Source: Alphaproteobacteria bacterium (lineage in GTDB: Bacteria > Pseudomonadota > Alphaproteobacteria > UBA828). From it: a stretch of 64,000 nucleotides of DNA. The notes below the pieces were generated by a model that ran no database searches, was not told the origin of the DNA, and saw only the letters and a program-made list of their open reading frames with translations. Location of the stretch: positions 286,148-350,147 of the forward strand of contig OZ244839.1 of the NCBI GenBank assembly GCA_965220825.1, given 5' to 3'. Of this stretch, positions 25,501 to 30,903 are shown piece after piece. The position numbers and the translations under genes were made by a program. How positions within the stretch are numbered: the stretch's first letter is position 1; every line of letters starts with the position of its first letter.

Positions 25501-28500
25501 TGCGTCTGATCTGACGGCGACAGTGACGAACACGCCGTCCGGCGGTGGCTATGGTGACGACGATGCTGCGAGCCTGTCGGTTACCGTCACGAACGACGAC
25601 GTGAAGGGCGTGACGCTTTCGTCCGGCACGCTGACGGTGGGTGAGGGGGAGAGGGGAACCTACACGGTTGTCCTGGACAGCGAGCCGACGGGGCCGGTAA
25701 CGGTGGCGGTGTCGTCGGGCAACGGGAACGCGACGGTGAGCCCGGCGAGCCTGACCTTCACGACGAGAAACTGGGCCAGGGCGCAGACGGTGACAGTGAC
25801 GGGGGCCGATGACGCCATCGACAATGTGTCGGATCTCACGGCGACTGTGACGAACACGCCGTCGGGCGGTGGCTATGGTGACGGTGAGGCCGCGAGCGTC
25901 TCTGTGACGGTAACGGACGACGACGTGAAGGGCGTGACGCTGTCGCCTGCCACGCTGACGGTGGCCGAGGGCGGAACCGGGACCTACACGGTGGCTCTGA
26001 ACAGCGAGCCGACGGGCTCTGTCACGGTAACGGTGGCCTCGTCGAATGGGAACGCGACGGTCGACACGGACCCGGCTACGACGGGAGATCAGTCGACACT
26101 GACCTTCACGGCGGGGAACTGGTCGACGGCACAGACGGTGACGGTGTCGGGTCTGGACGACGATATCGACAATGCGTCGAACCTGACGGCGACGATATCG
26201 AACACGCCGTCGGGTGGTGGCTATAGCAGCAGCGATGCCGCGAACCTGTCGGTGACGGTGAGAAACGACGACGTGAAAGGTGTGACGCTTTCGGCCACCA
26301 GACTGACGGTCGGTGAAGGGGAGAGGGATACCTACACGGTGGTCCTCGACAGCGAGCCGACGGGATCGGTGACGGTGGCGGTGTCGTCGTCGAACGGGAA
26401 CGCGGCGGTGAACCCGGCGAGCCTCACCTTTACGACAGGGAACTGGGACAAGGCACAGACGGTAACGGTGACGGGAGCCAATGACGCCATCGACAACCCG
26501 TCGGACCTGACGGCGACGGTAACGAATACGCCGTCGGGCGGCGGCTATGGCGGCGACGAGGCCGAGAGTGTCTCGGTGACGGTGACGGACGACGACGTGA
26601 AGGGCATGACGCTTTCGGCCGCCACGCTGACGGTGGGTGAAGGTGGAAGCGGGACCTACACGGTGGTTCTGGACAGCGAGCCGACGGCGTCGGTGACGGT
26701 GACGGTGACGTCGTCCAACGGGAACGCGACGGTGGATACGGACCCGGATATGACGGGGGATCAGTCGACACTGACCTTCACGGCGGAGAACTGGTCGACG
26801 CCTCAAACGGTGTTGGTGACAGGTCTGGACGACGCCATCGACAACCCGTCTGATCTGACGGCGACGGTGTGGAACAGCCCGTATGGCGGCGGCTATGACA
26901 GAGACGAGACTGCGAGCGTCTCGGTGACGGTGACGGACGACGATGTGAAGGGTGTAACGCTTTCACGTGCCACGCTGACCGTGGCTGAAGGCGGAAGCGG
27001 GACCTACACGGTTGTCCTGGACAGCCAGCCGACGAGGTCTGCGACGGTGACGGTGTCGTCGTCGAACGGGAACGCGACGGTGGATACGGACCCGGATAGG
27101 ACGGGGGATCAGTCGACACTGACCTTCACGACGGGGAACTGGTCGACGCCTCAGACGGTGACGGTATCGGGTCTGGACGATGACATCGACAACGCGTCGG
27201 ATCTGACGGCGACGGTAACGAACACGCCGTCGGGCGGTGGCTATGGCGGCGACGAGGCCGCGAGCCTGTTGGTTACCGTTACGAACGACGACGTGAAGGG
27301 CGTGACGCTTTCGCCCGCCACGCTGACGGTGGGTGAAGGGGAGAGGGGCACCTACACGGTTGTCCTGGACAGCGAGCCGACGGGTGAGGTGACGGTGGCG
27401 GTGTCGTCTTCGAATGGGAACGCGACGGTGAGCCCGACGAGCCTGACCTTCACGACGCGGAACTGGGCCAGGCCACAGACGATAACGGTGACAGGGGCCA
27501 ATGATGCCATCGACAACCCGTCGGATCTGACGGCAACGGTGACGAACACGCCGTCGGGCGGTGGCTATGGGGACGGTGAGGCCGCGAGCGTCTCGGTGAC
27601 GGTAACGGACGACGACGTGAAGGGCCTGACACTGTCGCCTGCCACGCTGACGGTGGCCGAGGGCGGAACCGGGACCTACACGGTGGCTCTGAACAGCGAG
27701 CCGACGGGCTCTGTCACGGTAACGGTGGCCTCGTCGAATGGGAACGCGACGGTCGACACGGACCCGGCTACGACGGGAGATCAGCCGACACTGACCTTCA
27801 CGACGGGGAACTGGTCGGCGCCTCAGACGGTGACGGTGACGGGTCTGGACGACGACATCGACAATGCGTCGAACCTGACGGCGACGATATCGAACGCGCC
27901 GTCGGGCGGTGGCTATGACCGGGACGATGCCGCGAGCCTGTCGGTGACGGTCAGGAACGACGATGTGAAGGGTGTGACGCTTTCGGCTACCAGGCTGACG
28001 GTGGATGAAGGGGAGAGCGGAACCTACACGGTGGTCCTGGACAGCGAGCCGACGGGATCGGTGACGGTGGCGGTGGCATCGTCGAACGGGAACGCGGCGG
28101 TGAACTCGGCGAGCCTCACCTTCACGGCGGGCAACTGGTCGACGCCACAGACGGTGGAGGTGACGGGGGTCGACGACGACATCGACAACCCATCGAATCG
28201 GACGGCGACAGTGACGAACATGCCGTCGGGCGGGGGCTATGGCGACGACGAGGCCGAGAGTGTCTCGGTGACAGTGACGAACGACGATGTGAAGGGCGTG
28301 ACGCTCTCACCCGCAATGCTGACGGTGGGTGAAGAGGAGAGCGGGACCTACACGGTTGTCCTGAACAGCGAGCCGACGGGGCCGGTGACGGTGACGGTGG
28401 CAAGCAGCGATACGGGCGCCGCGACGGTGAGTTCGGAGAGCCTGACCTTCACCGCGGACAACTGGTCGACGCCGCAGACGGTGACGGTGTCGGGTGCGTC

Positions 28501-30718
28501 GGATGAGGACGCGTCGGACGAAGCGGCGACGGTGTGGAACACGCCGTCGGGCGGCGGCTATGGAAGGGACCAGGGCGCGAACGTCTTGGTCACGGTGACG
28601 GATGACGAGATGGCCCGGCTGGTGTTGACGCCGAGCGCGGTAACGGTGAACGAAGAATCGACGGAAACCTACACGGTGCAGCTCTCCCACGTGCCGACGG
28701 GGCCGGTGACGGTGACGGTGGCAAGCGGCGATGCGGGTGCCGCGACGGTGAGCGCGGAGAGCCTGTCGTTCACCACGGAGAACTGGTCGACGGCCCAGAC
28801 GGTGACGGTGACCGGCGTGTCGGATCCGAACTCGGCGGACGAATCCCTGACGATTTCGCACACGGCGTCCGGCGCAGGCGAATATGACGGTATTGCCGGC
28901 ACGGTGACGGTCGCGGTGAAGGACGACGAGATGGCCGGGCTGGTGTTCTCGCCGAGCGCGGTGGCGGTGGACGAAGGTTCGACGGCAACCTACATGGTAC
29001 GACTCTCGCACGTACCGACGGCGTCGGTGACCGTGACGGCGTCGGTGCTGAGCGGCGATGCGGGCGCGGCGGCCGTGGATACGGACGAAGGCAGGGACGG
29101 CAACCAGTCGACGCTGATCTTCACGACCGGGGACTGGGACACGGCGCAGACGGTGACGGTGTACGGTGTGGAGGACGACGATGCGAGTGATGAAACGCTG
29201 ACGATCTCGCACAGCGCATCGGGTGCGCCCGAATATGAGGGCGTCGCGGGCGCGGTGACGGTGACGGTGGCCGACGACGAGGTGGGAGAGAAACAGGTAT
29301 TGGAGGATATTGTCGCGTCGGTGGCGTCCACCACGATGTCGAGCATGACAAAGACGATCGGGTTGCGCTTCTCCAGCACGCCGAGCACGCCCAGGGTGAC
29401 GCTCGCCGGGCGCCGGGTAAACCTGTCTCCTTCGGATGCGGCGGATATCGCGGCCGCGGATATGCGGACCTCGTGGAACGATGAGCGGGCCTTCGAGAGC
29501 ACTGGCGTGAACCGGGAAGACCTGCTGCGGGGCACCGCGTTCGAGCTCGCGCTGGGCGGTGCGGACGACGGCGGCGTTTCGGAAACGGCCTGGACGCTCT
29601 GGGGCCGGGGCGATCTGCTCCAGTTCGAGGGCAAGTCGGAGGGTTCCGATCACGACGGTTCGCTCAAGACGGGCTGGCTCGGAGCGGATGTGCGCATCGA
29701 GGAACGCTGGTTGGCAGGGCTCGCGGTCTCGCGCAGCATCGGCGAAGCGGACTATCGTTCCGATGCTTCCGGCGGCGGAACGCTCGAGACGGATCTCACG
29801 TCCGTCTACCCCTACGCCGAGTTGACGACTTCCGGCGGCGCCGCACTCCGTTTCATCGTCGGGGCCGGGCGCGGCGAGACGCGCCACACGCCGTCCGATC
29901 GGGTGGTGGAGAAGAGCGACCTCGACATGCGCGTGGCGTCGGTGGGTGCCTATTGGCCGGTGGCGTCCGCGGAGGCGTTCGACCTGTCGCTGAAGGGCGA
30001 CGCCGGTATCATGCGGCTCGAAACCGACGGAGACACGGGGGCCTCGGCCATCGGCGGGCTCACGGTCGGCACTTGGCGGGTGCGCGGCGGCCTGGAAGCG
30101 GCCCATCGCGGGCTTCCGCTGTCGGAATCGGGCGACACTCTGTCACCGTTCGCGTCGTTGATCCTGCGTCAGGACGGCGGCGACGGAATTGCGGGGACTG
30201 GTCTCGAGCTCGAGGGCGGCATCCGTCTGGCGTCCCCGGGGTCGCGGTTCGGCCTCGATGCCCGGGCCCACTGGCTGAGCCTGCACTCGGAGGACGGTTA
30301 CGGCGAGTGGGGCGCGAGCGTGGAGGCGCGCATGGCGCCCGGGGCGGACGATCGCGGTCTGTCGTGGTCCGTGAGTCCGCGCCAGGGAACGTTGGTGGAG
30401 GATGGCAGCACCCTCTGGCGGGACGATGCGTTCGAAGACGAAACAAGTGTCGCCGAGGACGATGCCGCGATGGCGCTGAACATGCGGATGGGCTACGGCT
30501 TCGGAGGGAAGTCGATACCCGGCGTGCTGACACCGTTTGCCGAGTGGGATATCGCGGGTGGCGAATCCGGGCATCGCCGGCTCGAGGCCGGAGTCGCGTT
30601 CGACGTCAATGCCCCGCGCGCCGGTGCGCTGAACATGACGCTCTCCGGCCAGCGTGTGGAGACCGGCGCGGACGACCCCGAGGCGCGGGTCGGAGTGGAG
30701 TTGGGCCTGCGTTTCTGA
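10550..30718 (+). CDS. Giant repetitive surface protein/adhesin (~6,700 aa): long signal peptide, 54 Ig/Calx-beta-like repeats, C-terminal autotransporter-like beta-barrel
   Basis: Uninterrupted 6749-codon ORF. Hydrophobic segment ends AVEA|QS near 10801. Repeat consensus GLTLS..TLTV.EG..GTYTVVLDSEPTG.VTVTV...LTFT..NWSTPQTVTVTG.DDAIDN...TPSGGGY....VSVTVTDDD. The C-terminus has amphipathic strands ending in VELGLRF (terminal Phe). Start uncertain: 10469, 10517, 10550 or 10748. Confidence 0.9.
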   Translation: MLRALRGDRKPSVLNALPRSRSDTGPSAGSSGSLPSGRSRTTTFDRARGRARRTNLLHWALRRPILMAAALLASLAFGAGAVEAQSPGLTLSPTALTVGEGESGTYTVVLDSQPTGTVRVTVFSGHGSATADTDPSKAGVQSRLTFTTTNWSTPQMVTVTGVDNDVDDLTNLTATVLHWPSGGGYGSGQNANLSVTLIDDDVKGLTLSPATLTVAEGGTGTYTVVLDSQPYQPVTVTVTSSNGNATVDTDPATTGDQSTLTFTAGNWDTAQTVAVTGLDDAIVNASDLTATVTNTPSGSDYGSGEAASVSVTVTDDDAKGLTLSSSTLTVAEGGTGTYTVALDSVPTGPVTVAVTSSNGNATVDTDPATAGDQSTLTFTTGNWSTPQTVTVTGIDDDIDNPSDLTAVVTNTPSGGGLDGGAAASLSVTVTDDDVKGLTLSSSTLTVDEGGIGTYTVVLDSEPTGSVTVTVASSGNATVDTDPATTGDQSTLTFTSANWSTPQTVTVTAANDAIDNPSDLTATVTNTPSGGGYGDDETASVSVTVTNDDMTGLTLSPATLTVAEGGSGTYRVALDSEPTGSVTVTVASSGNATVDTDPATTGDQSTLTFTSANWSTPQTVTVTGANDAIDNPSDLTATVTNTPSGGGYGSGEAASLSVTVTNDDAKGLTLAPSTLTVAEGGTGTYTVVLDSEPTGSLTVAVASNGNAAVDTDPATTGDQSTLTFTTANWSTPQTVTVTGADDVIDNPSDLTATVTNTPSGGGYGDDEAASVSVTVTDDDVKGLTLSSSTLTVAEGGTGTYTVVLDSEPTGSVTVTVASSGNATVDTDLVTTGDQSTLTFTTANWSTPQTVTVAGANDAIDNPSDLTAVVTNTPSGGGYGSGEAASVSVTVTDDDVKGLTLSPATLTVAEGGSGTYTVVLNTEPTGSVAVTVASSGNATVDTDLVTTGDQSKLTFTTANWSTPQTVTVTGANDAIDNPSDLTATLTNTPAGGGYGSGEAASLSVTMADDDVKGLTLSPAELTVGEGGTGTYTVALDSEPTGSVTVTVASSGNATVDTDPATTGDQSTLTFTTANWSTAQTVTVSGANDAIDNPSDLTATVTNTPSGGGYGSGEAVSLSVTVTDDDVKGLTFSPATLTIGEGESATYTVVLDSEPTESVTVTVVPIGTVTVDTDPATTGDQSTLTFTTANWSTPQTITVLGLDDDIDNPFDLTSIVMHRPSGGGYGADEAASVAVTVTDDDGKGLTLSPATLTVTEGGSGTYTVVLESVPTGPVTVTVVSSNANATADTDPATAGDQSTLTFTTANWSTPQTVTVSGANDAIDNPSDLTATVTNTPSGGGYGSGEAASVSVTVTDDDVKGVTLSPSTLTVAEGGTGTYTVVLDSEPTGPVTVAVASNGNAAVDTDPATTGDQSTLTFTTANWSTPQTVTVTGADDAIDNPSDLTAVVTNTPSGGGYGSGEAASLSVTVTDDDVKGLTLSSSTLTVAEGGTGIYTVALESEPTGEVTVTVASSGNATVDTDLATTGNQSTLTFTTANWSTPQTVTVTGADDAIDNPSDLAATVTNTPAGGGYGSGEAASLSVTMTDDDVKGLTLLPAELTVGEGESGTYTVVLDSEPTGEVTVTIASSSGNATVDTDTATTGAQSTLTFTAANWSAPQTVTVTGANDAIDNVSDLTATVTNTPSGGGYGSGEAADLSVTVTDDDAKGLTLSPSTLAVAEGGTGTYTVVLDSEPTGPVTVTVASSNDNATVDTDPAKTGSQSTLTFTTANWSTPQTVVVTGANDAIDNPSDLTATVTNTPSGGGYGSGEAADLSVTVTDDDVKGLTFSPLGLVMGEGESGTYTVVLDSEPTGTVTVTVAPTGDATVDTDPETTGDQSTLTFTTENWSTPQTVTVSTSDNDIDDPMHRTVMVTNTPSGGGYGGDDAAHLYVTLVDNDMKGLTLSPATLTVDEGGTGTYTVVLNSEPTETVTVTVTVTVVLGSENVTVDTDPATMGDQSTLTFTTGNWDTAQTVTVSGLDDVIDNPSNLTSKITNMPSGGGYGSFEVKNLYVTVRDNDVKGLTLSSATLTVDEGGSGTYTVVLNTEPTGPVKVTVTSSNPNATVDTDLETTGDQSTLTFTTGDWSTPQMVTVTGINDDIDNPSDLTTTVLNRPSGGGYTRSQSARVSVTVTDDDVKGLALSAATLTVGEGDSGTYTVVLDSEPTGEVTVTVSSSNGNAVVDTDLATTGDQSTLTFTSANWSTPQTVTVTGADDAIDNSSDLTATITNTPSGGGYGDDEAVSVSVAVTDDDGRGLTLSAATLTVTEGGTGTYTVALDSEPTGEVTVAVASSNGNTTVDTDPDTTGSQSMLTFTTANWSTPQTVAVTGVNDAIDNPSDLTATITNTPSGGGYGGGEAASLSVTVTDDDAKGVTLSSATLTVAEGGIGTYTVVLDSEPTGPVTVTVASSNANATVDADPNTTGSQSTLTFTTGNWSTAQTVAVSGLDDAIDNASDLTATITNTPSGGGYGDDEAASVSVTVTDDDAKGLTLSPATLTVSEGESGTYTVILDSEPTGPVTVTVASGNGNATVDTDPATTGTQSTLTFTSANWSTAQTVTVLGVDDAIDNASDLTAVVTNTPSGGGYGSGDAASLSVTVTNDDVKGVTLSPAMLTVDEGRSGTYTVVLDSEPTGEVIVAVASGNGNATVSPTSLTFTTGNWDKAQTVTVTGANDAIDNPSDLTATITNTPSGGGYGDDEAASVSVAVTDDDVKGLTLSPAALTVAEGGIGTYTVVLDSEPTGPVTVTVASSNANATVDADPNTTGSQSTLTFTTGNWSTAQTVAVSGLDDAIDNASDLTATITNTPSGGGYGDDEAASVSVTVTDDDAKGLTLSPATLTVSEGESGTYTVILDSEPTGPVTVTVASGNENATVDTDPATTGTQSTLTFTSANWSTAQTVTVLGLDDAIDNASDLTATITNTPSGGGYGDDETASVSVTVTDDDAKGVTLSSATLTVSEGESGTYTVVLDSEPTGPVTVTVASSNANTTVDTDPDTTGSQSTLTFTTGNWDKVQTVTVAGANDAIDNPSDLTATITNTPSGGGYGDDEAESVSVTVTDDDVKGLTLSPAALTVAEGETGVYTVVLDSEPTGEVTVTVSSSNGNATVDTDPETTGSQSTLTFTTGNWSTPRTVTVSGLDDAIDNPSDLTATVWNSPFGGGYDRDETASVSVTVTDDDVKGVTLSRATLTVAEGGSGIYTVVLDSEPTRSVTVTVASSANATVDTDPDTTGDQSTLTFTTENWSTPQTVAVTGADDAIDNASNLTATVTNTPSGGGYGDGETASVSVTVTNDDGKGLTLSPATLTVTEGGSGTYTVVLNSEPTGEVTVAVSSSNGNATVSPTSLTFTTGNWGRPQTITVTGANDAIDNPSDLTATVTNTPSGGGYGDDEAASVSVTVTDNDAKGLTLSPATLTVAEGGSGTYTVALNSEPTSSVTVTVSSSNGNATVDTDPDTTGDQSTLTFTTENWSTAQTVTVSSLDDDIDNASDLTATITNTPSGGGYGDDEGASLPVTVRNDDVKGVTLSTTRLTVGEGGSGTYTVALDSEPTGSVTMTVASGNGNATVSPTSLTFTTGNWSAPQTVTVTGLDDAIDNPSDLTATVTNTPSGGGYGNEEAASVSVTVTDDDVKGLTLSPATLTVAEGGSGTYTVVLDSEPTGSVTVTVTSSNGNATVDTDPETTGSQSTLTFTTGNWSTPQTVTVSGLDDAIDNPSDLTTTVWNRPSGGGYGRDQNANLSVTVTDDDVKGMTLSSNTLTVAEGGSGTYTVALDSEPTRSVTVTVESSANATVDTDPATTGDQSTLTFTTGNWSTPQTVTVTGANDAIDNASNLTAVVTNTPSGGGYGGDEAVSVSVTVTNDDGKGLTLSPAALTVTEGRSGTYTVVLNSEPTGEVTVAVSSSNGNATVDTDPTTMGDQSTLTFTIANWSTAQTVTVSGADDAIDNPSDLTATVTNTPSGGGYGDDEAASVSVTVTDNDAKGLTLSAATLTMVEGGTGTYTVILNSEPTGSVTVTVASSNGNATVDTDPDTTGSQSTLTFTTGNWSTAQTVTVTGADDAIDNASDLTATITNSPSGGGYGNEEAASLSLTVRNDDVKGLTLLPTRLTVGEGESGTYTVVLDSEPTGSVTVTVAVTSGNGNATVNPTSLTFTTENWSTAQTVTVTGANDAIDNPFDLAATVTNTPSGGGYGDDEAASVSVTVTDDDVKGLTLSAATLTVGEGGSGTYTVVLDSEPTGSVTVTVTSSNGNATVDTDPETTGDQSTLTFTTENWDTAQTVTVTGLDDAIDSASDLTATVWNRPFGGGYDRNQDASLSVTVTDDDVKGMTLSSTTLTVGEGGSGTYTVALDSEPTGLVTVTVASSANATVDTDPDRTGDQSTLTFTSENWSTPQTVTVTGADDAIDNASNLTATVTNTPSGGGYGDDEAASVSVTVTNDDGKGLTLSPATLTVGEGERGSYTVVLDSEPTGPVTVAVSSGNENATVSPTSLTFTTGNWARPQTITVTGANDAIDNPSDLTAVVTNTPSGGGYGGDEAASVSVTVADDDAKGLTLSPSALTVAEGGSGTYTVALDSEPTGSVTVAVSSSNGNATVDTDPATTGSQSTLTFTTENWSTAQTVTVSGLDDDIDNASDLTAVVTNTPSGGGYGNEEAASLPVTVTNDDVKGVTLSTTALTVAEGGSGTYTVVLDSEPTGSVTVAVASGNGNATVSPTSLTFTTGNWDKAQTVTVSGANDAIDNPSDLTATVTNTPSDGGYGDDEAQSVSVTVTDDDVKGMTLSAGTLTVDEGGSGTYTVVLDSEPTASVTVTVTSSNGNATVDTDPDMTGDQSTLTFTTGNWSTPQTVTVSGLNDAIDNPSDLTATVWNRPFGGGYDRNQDTSLSVTVTDDDVKGMTLSSTTLTVGEGGSGTYTVALDSEPTRSVTVTVSSSANATVDTDPATTGDQSTLTFTAGNWSTPQTVTVSGLDDDIDNASDLTATVTNTPSGGGYGDDDAASLSVTVTNDDVKGVTLSSGTLTVGEGERGTYTVVLDSEPTGPVTVAVSSGNGNATVSPASLTFTTRNWARAQTVTVTGADDAIDNVSDLTATVTNTPSGGGYGDGEAASVSVTVTDDDVKGVTLSPATLTVAEGGTGTYTVALNSEPTGSVTVTVASSNGNATVDTDPATTGDQSTLTFTAGNWSTAQTVTVSGLDDDIDNASNLTATISNTPSGGGYSSSDAANLSVTVRNDDVKGVTLSATRLTVGEGERDTYTVVLDSEPTGSVTVAVSSSNGNAAVNPASLTFTTGNWDKAQTVTVTGANDAIDNPSDLTATVTNTPSGGGYGGDEAESVSVTVTDDDVKGMTLSAATLTVGEGGSGTYTVVLDSEPTASVTVTVTSSNGNATVDTDPDMTGDQSTLTFTAENWSTPQTVLVTGLDDAIDNPSDLTATVWNSPYGGGYDRDETASVSVTVTDDDVKGVTLSRATLTVAEGGSGTYTVVLDSQPTRSATVTVSSSNGNATVDTDPDRTGDQSTLTFTTGNWSTPQTVTVSGLDDDIDNASDLTATVTNTPSGGGYGGDEAASLLVTVTNDDVKGVTLSPATLTVGEGERGTYTVVLDSEPTGEVTVAVSSSNGNATVSPTSLTFTTRNWARPQTITVTGANDAIDNPSDLTATVTNTPSGGGYGDGEAASVSVTVTDDDVKGLTLSPATLTVAEGGTGTYTVALNSEPTGSVTVTVASSNGNATVDTDPATTGDQPTLTFTTGNWSAPQTVTVTGLDDDIDNASNLTATISNAPSGGGYDRDDAASLSVTVRNDDVKGVTLSATRLTVDEGESGTYTVVLDSEPTGSVTVAVASSNGNAAVNSASLTFTAGNWSTPQTVEVTGVDDDIDNPSNRTATVTNMPSGGGYGDDEAESVSVTVTNDDVKGVTLSPAMLTVGEEESGTYTVVLNSEPTGPVTVTVASSDTGAATVSSESLTFTADNWSTPQTVTVSGASDEDASDEAATVWNTPSGGGYGRDQGANVLVTVTDDEMARLVLTPSAVTVNEESTETYTVQLSHVPTGPVTVTVASGDAGAATVSAESLSFTTENWSTAQTVTVTGVSDPNSADESLTISHTASGAGEYDGIAGTVTVAVKDDEMAGLVFSPSAVAVDEGSTATYMVRLSHVPTASVTVTASVLSGDAGAAAVDTDEGRDGNQSTLIFTTGDWDTAQTVTVYGVEDDDASDETLTISHSASGAPEYEGVAGAVTVTVADDEVGEKQVLEDIVASVASTTMSSMTKTIGLRFSSTPSTPRVTLAGRRVNLSPSDAADIAAADMRTSWNDERAFESTGVNREDLLRGTAFELALGGADDGGVSETAWTLWGRGDLLQFEGKSEGSDHDGSLKTGWLGADVRIEERWLAGLAVSRSIGEADYRSDASGGGTLETDLTSVYPYAELTTSGGAALRFIVGAGRGETRHTPSDRVVEKSDLDMRVASVGAYWPVASAEAFDLSLKGDAGIMRLETDGDTGASAIGGLTVGTWRVRGGLEAAHRGLPLSESGDTLSPFASLILRQDGGDGIAGTGLELEGGIRLASPGSRFGLDARAHWLSLHSEDGYGEWGASVEARMAPGADDRGLSWSVSPRQGTLVEDGSTLWRDDAFEDETSVAEDDAAMALNMRMGYGFGGKSIPGVLTPFAEWDIAGGESGHRRLEAGVAFDVNAPRAGALNMTLSGQRVETGADDPEARVGVELGLRF
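10811..29280 (+). repeat. Intragenic tandem array of 54 units (mostly 324, 345 or 348 bp)
   Basis: Unit starts counted by eye at ~10811, 11153, 11501, 11849, 12194 ... 27965, 28289, 28610, 28931. The last three units are more divergent. Confidence 0.92.
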
Positions 30719-30765
30719 CGGGCGCGCGCTGGGCGTGTCCGACCGCAAGCGTCCCGATTACGCCG

Positions 30766-30809
30766 CCGCCGCGTCTGCCGAACGATACGGGCACCGGCAG
30801 GCGCGGCGG
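30766..30809 (+). terminator. GC-rich stem-loop downstream of the giant gene
   Basis: 15-bp stem CCGCCGCGTCTGCCG / CGGCAGGCGCGGCGG with one G-U pair and no U-tract. Confidence 0.5.
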
Positions 30810-30903
30810 GAGAGCCCAGGCTGTTCGCTCGGCGCGGCGTCCTGTATATCTGGCGGCGGCGGCTGGGGCCGCCGTTCGAACGGACAGCGGGGAGGGCAGG
30901 CCC

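Noticed and set aside
10811-29280. Repeat array as a CRISPR array or DGR template/variable repeat
   Set aside because: Units are 324-360-bp in-frame coding repeats without unique spacers. There is no cas or reverse transcriptase gene, and the differences do not look adenine-specific.
12449-30106. Long antisense ORFs in the giant gene (581, 749 and 599 aa, Arg/His-rich) and many repeated 60-113-aa ORFs
   Set aside because: They are reverse-strand shadows of ACG/GTG-rich repeats; the RHRHR composition and periodicity follow directly from the sense codons.
29953-30903. N-terminal extension of the amidase ORF (826 aa) overlapping the barrel
   Set aside because: It is an out-of-frame shadow of the adhesin C-terminus; amidase homology and an RBS begin at 30904.
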